A stretch of DNA of 64,000 nucleotides from Christensenellales bacterium (GCA_051889995.1 JBJFDL010000002.1:145051-209050), one strand, 5' to 3'; shown: positions 9,080-17,819, counted from the first letter of the stretch. Notes: generated by a model from the letters alone, not told the origin. Translations and numbers: made by a program.

Positions 9080-11392
9080 CTACTCCACCTTTTCAAATTC
9101 TCTTTTTTTAGCATTTAGTTCTTCAATTTTTAGATATCTTTCCTCATCTTTTGTCCAAATTAAATCAAATATTTCTAAAAATTCAGGAGAACATTTCTCT
9201 CTAATAAAATTTCTAACCTTTTCAACATTTTCAATGTCTACCGATAGAAGCGACATAGTGCATGCGACTTTCTCACTTATTGTTGTTGGTAAATCATTAG
9301 TTGTATAAGTATCATCAACAATTTCTTCTACAGTTATTGGTTCATTGTTATAAAAATCTGCAAAGGCAACTGCCCATTCTGGTCTTAACATTCTAAGCAA
9401 CATATTTTTAAAATTCATTTCAATATCTTCCGAATCGATTGCTCCATTAGAATATTCCTTTTCAAAGTGATATAACCAATTTGAAATATGTTCCCAGTTT
9501 CTTGGGTCATTTGTTCTTCCTGCATCTTCATATATTGTTGGGTTATTTTCACCAACGTCTGGTCCTTCAATAAAATACGACAAATTTTCATCTAAACCTT
9601 TATTTAAAGTTTTCATTTTTAAGCGATTTTGTTCATATTTTGATAAAATAAACCCTATTACCTTTGGATGTAATTCTCTTGGAATCGCGTATTCAAAAAT
9701 CCATTCTTGAACATTAGGTTCAACATCAATAATTGCAGAAAAACGTTTTTGAAGTGGAGATGATAGTTCTTCAGCTGATTGTGAAAACATTTTTGGATTT
9801 CCTGTTGCAACAACAACCATATTGTCTGGAAATTTAATACCACTTCCACACTCTAAAAATTTATCTAATACTAAACTAAAAACTAATGATTGAATTCTTG
9901 AATCTACATTCAATAGTTCATCTAAAAGCAAAACAGCTTTTTTATCACTAATTTTGGCTCTTTCGCTAATTATTGGAGCAAGTTCAAACAATTTTTGTGG
10001 GTCATCTCTCATTATCTTCTTTTCTTCTTCTGTTGCCCATGTTTCAAAAATTAATCTTGCATAGATTGGTGGAATTGATTTTCCTTTTGCTACGTCCGTT
10101 GACCCCATTATTAATTCTGGTAACATATTTCTAAATAATCTTAGATAAACCAAATTATATCCATATTCTTCGCACAAATCTCTAACTCTTTGTGTTTTAC
10201 CAATACCACTAGCTCCTCTAATCAAAACTGGTGCTCCAATATCAATTAACATTTTTAACTCATCTGTAACACTCATCTTGCCCATTTTAAAATCAGATTG
10301 TAATTTTTTTGGTGCTAGTTTTTGTAAACGTGTTTGCCTTGTTTTAGGCTCTTGTTTGGATTGATTTTCAATGTTTAACAAGATGCCGTCAAATGCTTCA
10401 TTCAAAAAGCCTTTGTTTTTAAAGTTGTAATTTATGTCAGTTTTGAACTGACTGTTTCCGTTACCTTGATTTAGTTCTTCATCCAAATCATAACTATTCA
10501 AAAATGCTCTAATTATGCTGTTTTGCCACATTGAACAATTTTTCATACTAAAGCTTGTATGAAATGGAATTCCAGCAATTATTGTGTCTTTGGCCTTTAC
10601 ATCAATATATTTTGCCTTTCCTGTTCCAATTGGATTTATTTCTTCTGGAAGCTCATTCCAATTTTTAATTTTCCACTCAATAGGCTCAACTTTTACCCAC
10701 AAAAAAGTTTCATCTTGGGGCGCCTTCGTTCCATCACAATATTCGCTATTATCATTTTTCTTTTTGGTTAAGACTCTAACATATTTTTGTCCTTCGTGTT
10801 CAAACTCAGAGTGTGATATCACTGCTCCATTTTGATCCATTCTTCCAGTGTATGTCTTGCCAGTCGAAGCAAGCTTATTTAAAGAATAAAGATTTTCAAG
10901 TTCTTTATTCTTCTTCTCTCCAACAAATGTTTTGGGATATTCACCAAATTGAATAATATATTCCTTTTTATTTTTATTATTTACAATATCATAAATTTTA
11001 AAAAATTTATTTGAAATTTTTTGCGCAGAAATAACAGATGAAACATTTAAGTGTAAAGAAGGACATAATCCTTCAATGTTTGTGCTTACATTGTAAGCAC
11101 CAAACTTACCTAAATGATCAATAATATTCACAAAAAATTGAGAGTAATCAGAAAAAGGCGCAGAACGAAGCCATTGATAACAAGATTTTCTATTTGAAAC
11201 ATCATCGCCTGTTTCGATCATACATGCTCCATTCATAACAGCATAGTCGGTTGGATATGCAATTCTTTCAATGTCTGAAAATTTTTCAACTTCATTTTTA
11301 GCATCTAAATAAACTAAATCTTGTGTTGAAATGTTTTTTCTCAAATATTCGTCATCTAGTTTAGTTGGTATAATAAATTTTGAAATATCCAT
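9080..11392 (-). CDS. AAA+ ATPase (MoxR/AAA_5-like) with a ~350 aa N-terminal non-ATPase domain
   Basis: Walker A GASGIGKT, Walker B AVLLLDELLNVD, sensor-1-like VVATGNP. The N-terminal half carries CYQWLRSAP, GLCPSLHLN, PIEWKIKNW and SIIRAFLNSY. I recognise these as the pattern of the DUF6273-type domain (from memory, unverified). Confidence 0.7.
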   Translation of the reverse strand: MDISKFIIPTKLDDEYLRKNISTQDLVYLDAKNEVEKFSDIERIAYPTDYAVMNGACMIETGDDVSNRKSCYQWLRSAPFSDYSQFFVNIIDHLGKFGAYNVSTNIEGLCPSLHLNVSSVISAQKISNKFFKIYDIVNNKNKKEYIIQFGEYPKTFVGEKKNKELENLYSLNKLASTGKTYTGRMDQNGAVISHSEFEHEGQKYVRVLTKKKNDNSEYCDGTKAPQDETFLWVKVEPIEWKIKNWNELPEEINPIGTGKAKYIDVKAKDTIIAGIPFHTSFSMKNCSMWQNSIIRAFLNSYDLDEELNQGNGNSQFKTDINYNFKNKGFLNEAFDGILLNIENQSKQEPKTRQTRLQKLAPKKLQSDFKMGKMSVTDELKMLIDIGAPVLIRGASGIGKTQRVRDLCEEYGYNLVYLRLFRNMLPELIMGSTDVAKGKSIPPIYARLIFETWATEEEKKIMRDDPQKLFELAPIISERAKISDKKAVLLLDELLNVDSRIQSLVFSLVLDKFLECGSGIKFPDNMVVVATGNPKMFSQSAEELSSPLQKRFSAIIDVEPNVQEWIFEYAIPRELHPKVIGFILSKYEQNRLKMKTLNKGLDENLSYFIEGPDVGENNPTIYEDAGRTNDPRNWEHISNWLYHFEKEYSNGAIDSEDIEMNFKNMLLRMLRPEWAVAFADFYNNEPITVEEIVDDTYTTNDLPTTISEKVACTMSLLSVDIENVEKVRNFIREKCSPEFLEIFDLIWTKDEERYLKIEELNAKKREFEKVE

Positions 11393-11825
11393 AATAGCTC
11401 CTTGTTGATAAAAAAATTATAACATATATAAAAAAAATTTTCAATACCCAATATAGATTTTATAATAATTTTATTATGTAGCATGAAATATCGTTATGAT
11501 TGGAGTGTTTGAGAGCATTTCTGCACATAATTAAAATCTTTTGTTTACGATTAACAAACTGCTATTTTCAAAGTAAATGAAAATTTTAACTTATTTAAAT
11601 TTTAAACAATACTTTTAAACCTTTCTTTTGCCATACATACTAAACAATTTATAATAGTCAATATGGCATAAACGCCCTTTATAAGCAGTTAATCTTTTGT
11701 TAATAAATTATTCATCAACGATATTAAGATGTTGCATAATCAAACAACACTAGTAATTGTTCAAGGAGTCCTTGCGAAATGATACTTAAAAATGATAAAA
11801 AGTATGTAGTACTCCAAGTGGCTAA

Positions 11826-12142
11826 ATCAAAAGAAATATTTAGGAGATAGACTTGGAGATACTGATAGATTATTCTGTACAGAAGATGGAAAAGATATAT
11901 CTCCTGGATTATTCAGAGTATGGCCACAAAAAACACTCGCAAAGGCAGGCTTGCCAAAGGTAACATTACACTCTCTAAGGCACACAAACATAACACTACA
12001 ACTAGTAGCAGGAGTAGACGTGAAAACAGTATCTGCCCGTGCAGGACACTCAAAAGCATCCACCACAAGCGACTTCTACAGCCACTTCATAAAGAACTCA
12101 GACATCCACGCAAGTGAGATATTAAATAAAATATTTGAGTGA
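11826..12142 (+). pseudogene. 3' remnant of a tyrosine recombinase (integrase) gene
   Basis: The frame opens after a TAA at ~11823 and encodes only the C-terminal catalytic part: ...LFCTEDGKDISPGLF...VTLHSLRHTNITLQLVAGVDVKTVSARAGHSKASTTSDFYSHF (HxxR, GH and catalytic Y). No N-terminal or core-binding domain and no proper start. Visibly more GC-rich than its surroundings. Confidence 0.75.
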
Positions 12143-12220
12143 AATTTGATAAATGAATGTTTTTTATCACAACCATATACATTTTGAAAAACTATATGTT
12201 ATAATTAATTAGAGGTGGTT

Positions 12221-13591
12221 ATGGATATTAAATTTAACGGATTTGCAAATAATGTTATTAAGGATGGAGATCAATATTCTTATTTCTTTGATGGAGAGAT
12301 TTTACATTTAAACCGTATAAAAGAAGTTTCTGGTGTAGAATATTCTTTTATTAATAAACAAATATCGGTATTACAAACGACAAAGCATGATGGTGGTAAT
12401 GTTGTATTATTTGATTGTATTGAAAGATGCATGGGTTTATCTAATGATGAATTAGAAATAAAACCTTCTTATATATTTGAATCAAAATATCAAAATTATC
12501 AATTCGATAAGTTTTCTGGGATTGTTTGTTACGGAAAATGGATAAACAAATTGTTTCCTCCAAGTCAAATTGTAGAATATGATAGTTTGAATTATGAGCA
12601 TAACAAAGAAACATTTTATCAATGTGCAAGAGATGGTTCAAAGACGATAAAACTAAAAAAGTGGGATGATGTGGATAAAAAATTTAAGTATAAGGTTAAT
12701 AGCGAAGAAATTGAAATATCCTTTAATATTTCATCTCCAGGAACAATAAGAGAAGAGGATGAAAACCTTGGTGAGATAAAATCCTTATTTGAATTAAAAT
12801 TATCTAATAGTCATAACATTACTGAAGTTAAAGATTATTACTTAATTATAAGAAAGTTTTTTCAATTTTTAACAAACAGACAAGACATTTTGTTTGATGA
12901 GATTCATATTTTACAATCATGTGAGGTAGGAAAATATGAAAGAATAGGATGTTTTTATGATTTAAATAATAAATCCTCAGAAATTCCTAAAAAGATGCAT
13001 CTTGCTAAACATTACTTTGGTAACATTACTAAATTATTCAAATATATTAGCAATGAAAAGATTAACTTTAATCATATTCCTAAAAACAATTTAGAACATA
13101 GATATGTAACACCAGAACAATATGTAAATTGTTGTGGTTCTTTTGAATATAACTATAAAAAAGTATTTAAAGATGAGCCATTAGATGAAAAAACTAATCA
13201 AATCATAAATGATTTATCTAAATTTTTAGAATCTCAAAGCAATTATAATAGCAAACAAAGAAAAATCATAAAAAAGATTATAGACGATTTAAACAAGACT
13301 TCTCAATCCGTAGAAAAGAAATATAACAAATGTTTAAAGCGATATAAAGATGTCGTTTCACCATTTATCAATGAATTAATAAATCATTATGAAATAGCAA
13401 AAACTCCACAATTACTAGGTTCTCATTTCTCTTCTTATAGAAACCATAAAGCCCATGGTGAGTTAACCCCATTTACAAAAGAAGCAGTTTGTGCCTATGT
13501 AGTTGCAAATGTGATAATAGAATGTTTAATTTTAGATGCCTGTGGATTTAGCATTGAAGAGATGAAAGAGATTGTTAAAAATAAATATTAA
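12221..13591 (+). CDS. HEPN-motif protein with a large N-terminal domain (ApeA-like architecture)
   Basis: ATG at 12221 preceded by AGAGGTGG. The C-terminal region contains an Rx4H HEPN signature in a typical context (SSYRNHKAHGELTPF). The ~400 aa N-terminal region has no motif I recognise. Confidence 0.55.
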   Translation: MDIKFNGFANNVIKDGDQYSYFFDGEILHLNRIKEVSGVEYSFINKQISVLQTTKHDGGNVVLFDCIERCMGLSNDELEIKPSYIFESKYQNYQFDKFSGIVCYGKWINKLFPPSQIVEYDSLNYEHNKETFYQCARDGSKTIKLKKWDDVDKKFKYKVNSEEIEISFNISSPGTIREEDENLGEIKSLFELKLSNSHNITEVKDYYLIIRKFFQFLTNRQDILFDEIHILQSCEVGKYERIGCFYDLNNKSSEIPKKMHLAKHYFGNITKLFKYISNEKINFNHIPKNNLEHRYVTPEQYVNCCGSFEYNYKKVFKDEPLDEKTNQIINDLSKFLESQSNYNSKQRKIIKKIIDDLNKTSQSVEKKYNKCLKRYKDVVSPFINELINHYEIAKTPQLLGSHFSSYRNHKAHGELTPFTKEAVCAYVVANVIIECLILDACGFSIEEMKEIVKNKY

Positions 13592-13592
13592 A

Positions 13593-13624
13593 AAGACGGC
13601 TAAATAAAGCCGTCTTTTTTCTTT
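13593..13624. terminator. Bidirectional rho-independent terminator
   Basis: AAGACGGC-TAAATAAA-GCCGTCTT hairpin with an A-run upstream and a T-run downstream. Lies between the HEPN gene stop and the tRNA 3' fragment. Confidence 0.8.
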
Positions 13625-13630
13625 GTTAAT

Positions 13631-13678
13631 TGGTACAACCGAGATGATTTGAACATCCGACCTATCGCTTAGGAGGCG
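13631..13678 (-). pseudogene. Detached 3' half of a tRNA-Arg(CCT) gene (anticodon loop to CCA)
   Basis: Minus strand reads CGCCTCCTAA-GCGAT-AGGTC-GGATG-TTCAAAT-CATCT-CGGTTGT-A-CCA. This is an anticodon loop and 3' stem arm, a variable loop, a T arm, a 3' acceptor arm and an encoded CCA. There is no 5' half upstream of it. Confidence 0.7.
13668..13678. repeat. att core copy (left junction)
   Basis: CTTAGGAGGCG, identical to 20994-21004. Corresponds to the anticodon loop plus stem arm of tRNA-Arg(CCT). Confidence 0.75.
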
Positions 13679-13845
13679 TTTGTCGGCTCACAAAATACTT
13701 CAAATAACTTGTGAAACTTGTAGTCTTATTAAATGTTAGAATAAAATTCATTTAGTATTGTTAAAAATGAAAGTTTTTTCAAATAAAATTAAAAATAAAA
13801 AGTTGGCTCACAGTATGGCGTGAGATGTCTAAACCATCTTTATAC

Positions 13846-13860
13846 CCTTTAACTTGTATA
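13846..13860. repeat. 15-bp inverted-repeat arm upstream of rep
   Basis: CCTTTAACTTGTATA is the perfect reverse complement of TATACAAGTTAAAGG at 14903-14917. Confidence 0.8.
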
Positions 13861-13900
13861 AAAAGTAAAACATCAGGTTGAAGTTAAAGGAGATAATGAT

Positions 13901-14767
13901 ATGGAAAAGAGCAATTTAATAAAAGATAATCATTTAGTTAAAGTAAAAATAATCGGCAACGATTTAGAACTTTATAACATAAACACTTGTAATTATAAAC
14001 CAACAATAAAAAAATTGCAAGGTAGAAAACATATAATTTTAAGAACAGGTGAAATTGTAGAAGAAAAGCAATCTCTTATAAGAGGCGAAAATGCTAGGAC
14101 TTTGTTAGAAAGTAATATACGGCTACGAGATTTAATAAAAGAAAATACGATTGAGTTATGGAAAACGCTTTTAATAACTCTAACCTACCGAGATAAAATA
14201 CTTGATATAAAGAAAATCAAACTTGATTTCAAACACTTTATAAACTATTTAAGAAAGCATTTTACACAATTTGGCAACATTGAATATATACAAGCCATTG
14301 AGCCATTTGACGATTTACAAGGTTATCATTTACACGCAATACTATTTTTCAATGATAGCAAAGCAAAAGTCTTTATGGGCTTTGAAGTGCTTGAAAAAGC
14401 GTGGAAAAATGGTTTTGCAAGTATCTGTCAGCCAAAAGATGAAAAATCAATGTATTTATATATTACGCCACATTTAGAAAATGAAGTCAGCGATAAAAAT
14501 ATAGATATGCACCAAAAAGCATTAAATCAAATGCAACTACCAGCAGGCACAAACTTATATAGTTATTCAAAAGGCATAAAAAAGCCACAAATTTGGACTG
14601 ATAACTATGCAGAAGTCAAAAAGTATTTAGTTGAAAACAAATATGTCTATCAGCGAGAAAACATTTATAAAAATGAAATGTCAACTCTAAAAGGCAACAA
14701 TCTTTATTATTGTAAAGAGTTTTATAAAAAAGAAATGGATGTTAAACCAACGAGAAAGCCGATTTAA
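13901..14767 (+). CDS. HUH-type rolling-circle replication initiator (Rep)
   Basis: Motif 1-like LLITLTY, HUH motif GYHLHAILFF, and downstream Tyr-containing MYLYITPHL. SD GGAG upstream (AAGGAGATAATGATATG). Confidence 0.7.
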   Translation: MEKSNLIKDNHLVKVKIIGNDLELYNINTCNYKPTIKKLQGRKHIILRTGEIVEEKQSLIRGENARTLLESNIRLRDLIKENTIELWKTLLITLTYRDKILDIKKIKLDFKHFINYLRKHFTQFGNIEYIQAIEPFDDLQGYHLHAILFFNDSKAKVFMGFEVLEKAWKNGFASICQPKDEKSMYLYITPHLENEVSDKNIDMHQKALNQMQLPAGTNLYSYSKGIKKPQIWTDNYAEVKKYLVENKYVYQRENIYKNEMSTLKGNNLYYCKEFYKKEMDVKPTRKPI

Positions 14768-14902
14768 GCAATGTTTTAAGTGGCTATGTAGTATTTAATA
14801 TAATGTCTTATATTAAACACAAATTGACCTAAAATTGTAGTTGAAAAAAGAAAAATGAAACAGAGGGAATATATGTCAAATTTGACCCAATGTTTCATTT
14901 TT

Positions 14903-14917
14903 TATACAAGTTAAAGG
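14903..14917. repeat. 15-bp inverted-repeat arm downstream of rep
   Basis: TATACAAGTTAAAGG, partner of 13846-13860. Confidence 0.8.
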
Positions 14918-14973
14918 AAAAATATTGAATGTCTTGTCTTTTGGCAAGTTTTAAGGAATAATTTTTATGTCAG

Positions 14974-15285
14974 TTAATTTTTAAGCAGGTTTATTATAGA
15001 GTCTTTTTTGACTTGATTTACATTTTTAAGCAAGTCAATTATCTCTTTATCTTTTTGATAATCATAGATATTGTAGTAAAAGAACTCTAACGGAGTTGAG
15101 CCACACGCTTCAATTATTTCAAGTAAGGCAGAAACGGACGGCTCAAAACTATCATTTTTAGACTCAAGGCGAGAGATATAAGCACCATTTTTACCAATAC
15201 GCAAACTTAAATCTCTGGCAGATAAGCCTGCTTTAATTCTTAACTGACTAATACGCTCAACAACTTCATTTTTATTCATAGGCAT
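14974..15285 (-). CDS. XRE-family helix-turn-helix transcriptional regulator
   Basis: RISQLRIKAGLSARDLSLRIGKNGAYISRLE is a typical Cro/CI-type HTH. Divergent from the cargo operon. Confidence 0.8.
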   Translation of the reverse strand: MPMNKNEVVERISQLRIKAGLSARDLSLRIGKNGAYISRLESKNDSFEPSVSALLEIIEACGSTPLEFFYYNIYDYQKDKEIIDLLKNVNQVKKDSIINLLKN

Positions 15286-15378
15286 ACCTCACATTTTTAA
15301 CTACTAAAATTATAAGGTATTATTGACCTACACTATCTTGATGATACTTGTAAAAATGACATATTGTGAAATTGTAAT

Positions 15379-15427
15379 GCACTTTTAAGTGCAAAATGTT
15401 GCTTTTAAGTTCATTTTATGCTATACT
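15379..15427 (+). promoter_or_regulatory. Cargo-operon promoter with a candidate operator
   Basis: Perfect 14-bp palindrome GCACTTTTAAGTGC (15379-15392) abuts -35 TTGCTT (15399-15404), a 17-bp spacer and -10 TATACT (15422-15427). Lies in the divergent region next to the XRE gene. Confidence 0.55.
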
Positions 15428-15449
15428 CTATTACATGAGAGGTATAGCT

Positions 15450-16307
15450 ATGAAAGTCGTGTTGAGCAGAAAAGGCGTAGATACTGGAAATAGTAAAATG
15501 TCAAATTTAGTTATAACAAATAATGGTAAAAGTGAAATTGTGATGATACCAATACCTAGTGAAAAAGATAAGGTATCATACAACGATTTAACATTTTCAA
15601 ATGATAAGAATGTAGATTTTTATACAAAGGAATACATAAGAGTTCATAATACTAGGTTGAATGAATTAAAAACAAAGTGCCATGCTGACCCAAATCTATC
15701 TAACTATTTTAATGATTCAAACTTTTTAGGTTCAATAGGTCAAGTTGGCATATCTTTATCACATTTAGAAAAACATAACATAAAAGTTGGAGATATATTT
15801 ATATTCTTTGGGCGTTTTTCATATATGGATTTAATAAACAACCAGCCAAAAATGAGAGAAAAAGATAAACATTTATTATTTGGTTATCTGCAAGTTGGCG
15901 AAATAATTTATCCTAATAAACTCACACCTAATCAAAGAAAAGAATACGAACATAAATATCCTTGGATTGTCAATCAACCACATTGGAATATGGACAAATA
16001 TAAAAATCAAAAAAATAACTGCATTTATGTAGCAAGTGAGAAATGCTCTTTTGATAATTCATTATGTGGTTATGGCACATTTAACTATGATGACGCTTTA
16101 ATTCTAACAAAAGAAAATGAGCCATTATCTCATTGGAGTTTATCGCGCGAAGTATTAAAAGAAGAATTGTCTTATCATAACAAAAACAATGTAAAAGATA
16201 ACTATTTTCAATCGGCACTTCGTGGGCAAGAATTTGTATTTACATATAATGAAAAAGTAAAAAGTTGGGCTGAAAATTTAATTAAAAAATATGGTAAGAG
16301 GGTTTAA
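15450..16307 (+). CDS. Hypothetical protein (286 aa), possibly Nmad3-like (putative nucleotide-modification-associated family)
   Basis: ATG at 15450 preceded by GAGAGG; the track start at 15396 lacks an SD. The N-terminus MKVVLSRKGVDTGNS and a later CHADPN resemble my recollection of Nmad3-family proteins. This is unverified. Confidence 0.45.
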   Translation: MKVVLSRKGVDTGNSKMSNLVITNNGKSEIVMIPIPSEKDKVSYNDLTFSNDKNVDFYTKEYIRVHNTRLNELKTKCHADPNLSNYFNDSNFLGSIGQVGISLSHLEKHNIKVGDIFIFFGRFSYMDLINNQPKMREKDKHLLFGYLQVGEIIYPNKLTPNQRKEYEHKYPWIVNQPHWNMDKYKNQKNNCIYVASEKCSFDNSLCGYGTFNYDDALILTKENEPLSHWSLSREVLKEELSYHNKNNVKDNYFQSALRGQEFVFTYNEKVKSWAENLIKKYGKRV

Positions 16308-16309
16308 TA

Positions 16310-16489
16310 ATGGGAAAAATAAAATGTCCTAAATGTAGTAGTAATAATGTTAAAGATTTGGGTGTAGTAAAGAATAATGATTTCATATCAAAAGCAATTG
16401 GTGCAATAAATTGGGCTGCAAGTGGTGGCAAAAGCAAACACAATTTTCAATGTATAAATTGTAACAATACATTTATAGCGGAAAAATAA
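16310..16489 (+). CDS. 59-aa zinc-ribbon protein (not in the ORF track)
   Basis: ATG 2 nt after the upstream stop. MGKIKCPKCSSNNVKDLG...HNFQCINCNNTFIAEK has CxxC...CxxC. Stop TAA at 16487-16489. Confidence 0.6.
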   Translation: MGKIKCPKCSSNNVKDLGVVKNNDFISKAIGAINWAASGGKSKHNFQCINCNNTFIAEK

Positions 16490-16505
16490 TTATTTGAGGT
16501 TAATT

Positions 16506-17705
16506 ATGAAAAAGCGAACAGGTTTAGCATTAGCAGGTGGAATACTTGAAATTATAGCAGGAACTTATCTTTTGATATATGCACTTTGGGCTTTATCATT
16601 TTATTTACAAATACCAAACGGACTGCAAATATATAATTGGGAAATGCTAATAGTTTTTGGCGTTTTAATCTTTTTTGGTATTATGGCAATTATAGGCAAA
16701 ACAAAGAAAGATTTAGCCACTTATGGCATATTAAATTTGTTATATGTTGGCATGCTTATTTTTAGAGCAATACAGACGAACGCAACAAATGTTATATGGG
16801 TATTTTCATTTGAAATGATTTTACTAGTCATAGCGTCAATGTTTTTCTTTTTTAGCAAAAAAAGTGAATATGAAATAGTTTATGAAGAAAAGTTAAAAGA
16901 ATATAAAGCAAACGAGCCACAAGAACACATAAAACTTAAAAATATATTTACATGGTTAAGTGCTGTAATTGTTATTTTAATTGGTTTATCAATGTTTTTA
17001 TGGCGAATAGGTATCATTATAGGTTTAGTGGCTATTATTGGCTTTATTTTAATGATTATACTTATACCTAGAAAAGATAAAAGCGAATATAGTTGGAATG
17101 CAAACATTGTATTTAGTAGCATAGCAATTTTTATATGTTTTGTTTGTTCTATATTTGTGCCAGCAGGATTTTATTCAGAAATAAGTGTGAATGTAAATAC
17201 TTCTATAATAACTTACCCCCTTATGCAAGATACATATATTTACTATAACAACGAAAGCAATCAATATGAAATTTTAATAGCTGAACAATATACTGATTAT
17301 GACGAACATAGCAATGAAATACAAACAACCATATATTTTGTTGACGGAAAAGAAGCATATGAAGAACTGCCATCAGGTGCAAATAAAGTTTTAGATAAAT
17401 TAAACTATTATGAGCCATCAACTGAAAGTAGAGTTATCGCATATAGTTTTCACGACAATGAACTAGACAGGGTTAGATTTTACTCAGAACTAGGCATTGT
17501 CTATGATACTTTACCACAACCAAAAATTTCTAAAACTCAATCAACTGATAAAACAATCTTTTATATAATAAGCGTCGCAGGTGCTGTCATAGGGTTAATC
17601 ATAATACTAGGCACTAAAAATGCACAACTAGGCATTGAAATAAACAAACGACTTAAAGAAGAAGAAAGGAAAAAGACATACGAAAAATATCAAAACAAAA
17701 ATTAA
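16506..17705 (+). CDS. Polytopic membrane protein (~8 predicted TM helices) of unknown function
   Basis: ATG at 16506 with GAGGT 5 nt upstream. Hydrophobic helices run through aa ~10-125 and ~155-235, followed by a ~140 aa polar segment, a final TM and a charged tail (EERKKTYEKYQNKN). Confidence 0.7.
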   Translation: MKKRTGLALAGGILEIIAGTYLLIYALWALSFYLQIPNGLQIYNWEMLIVFGVLIFFGIMAIIGKTKKDLATYGILNLLYVGMLIFRAIQTNATNVIWVFSFEMILLVIASMFFFFSKKSEYEIVYEEKLKEYKANEPQEHIKLKNIFTWLSAVIVILIGLSMFLWRIGIIIGLVAIIGFILMIILIPRKDKSEYSWNANIVFSSIAIFICFVCSIFVPAGFYSEISVNVNTSIITYPLMQDTYIYYNNESNQYEILIAEQYTDYDEHSNEIQTTIYFVDGKEAYEELPSGANKVLDKLNYYEPSTESRVIAYSFHDNELDRVRFYSELGIVYDTLPQPKISKTQSTDKTIFYIISVAGAVIGLIIILGTKNAQLGIEINKRLKEEERKKTYEKYQNKN

Positions 17706-17780
17706 ATAAGATATATAATTCTCGCCACTGAAAAGTGGTCTCAAATGGTTGAAATCTTATTTAACAATAAAATCCTAATA

Positions 17781-17811
17781 AAAAAATAAAATCGGCAAAA
17801 TCAAGCCGATT
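17781..17811 (-). terminator. Rho-independent terminator of the 17820-18455 gene
   Basis: AATCGGC-N8-GCCGATT hairpin with a plus-strand A-run upstream, giving a U-run on the minus transcript. Confidence 0.7.
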
Positions 17812-17819
17812 TCAATGGC

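Noticed and set aside
11827-12117. Track ORFs 11827-12066 (minus) and 11920-12117 (plus) overlapping the integrase remnant.
   Set aside because: The frame that gives the recognisable tyrosine-recombinase catalytic motifs (ending at 12142) explains the region. The other frames stay open only because this patch is more GC-rich.
15396-15449. Extended N-termini proposed by the ORF track for several genes: 15396, the 16494 TTG, the 12215 GTG, 9114, 47499 and 60469.
   Set aside because: In each case a downstream ATG has a proper SD at 5-9 nt. That ATG either abuts the previous gene's stop or matches the conserved family N-terminus, so the shorter models were used.
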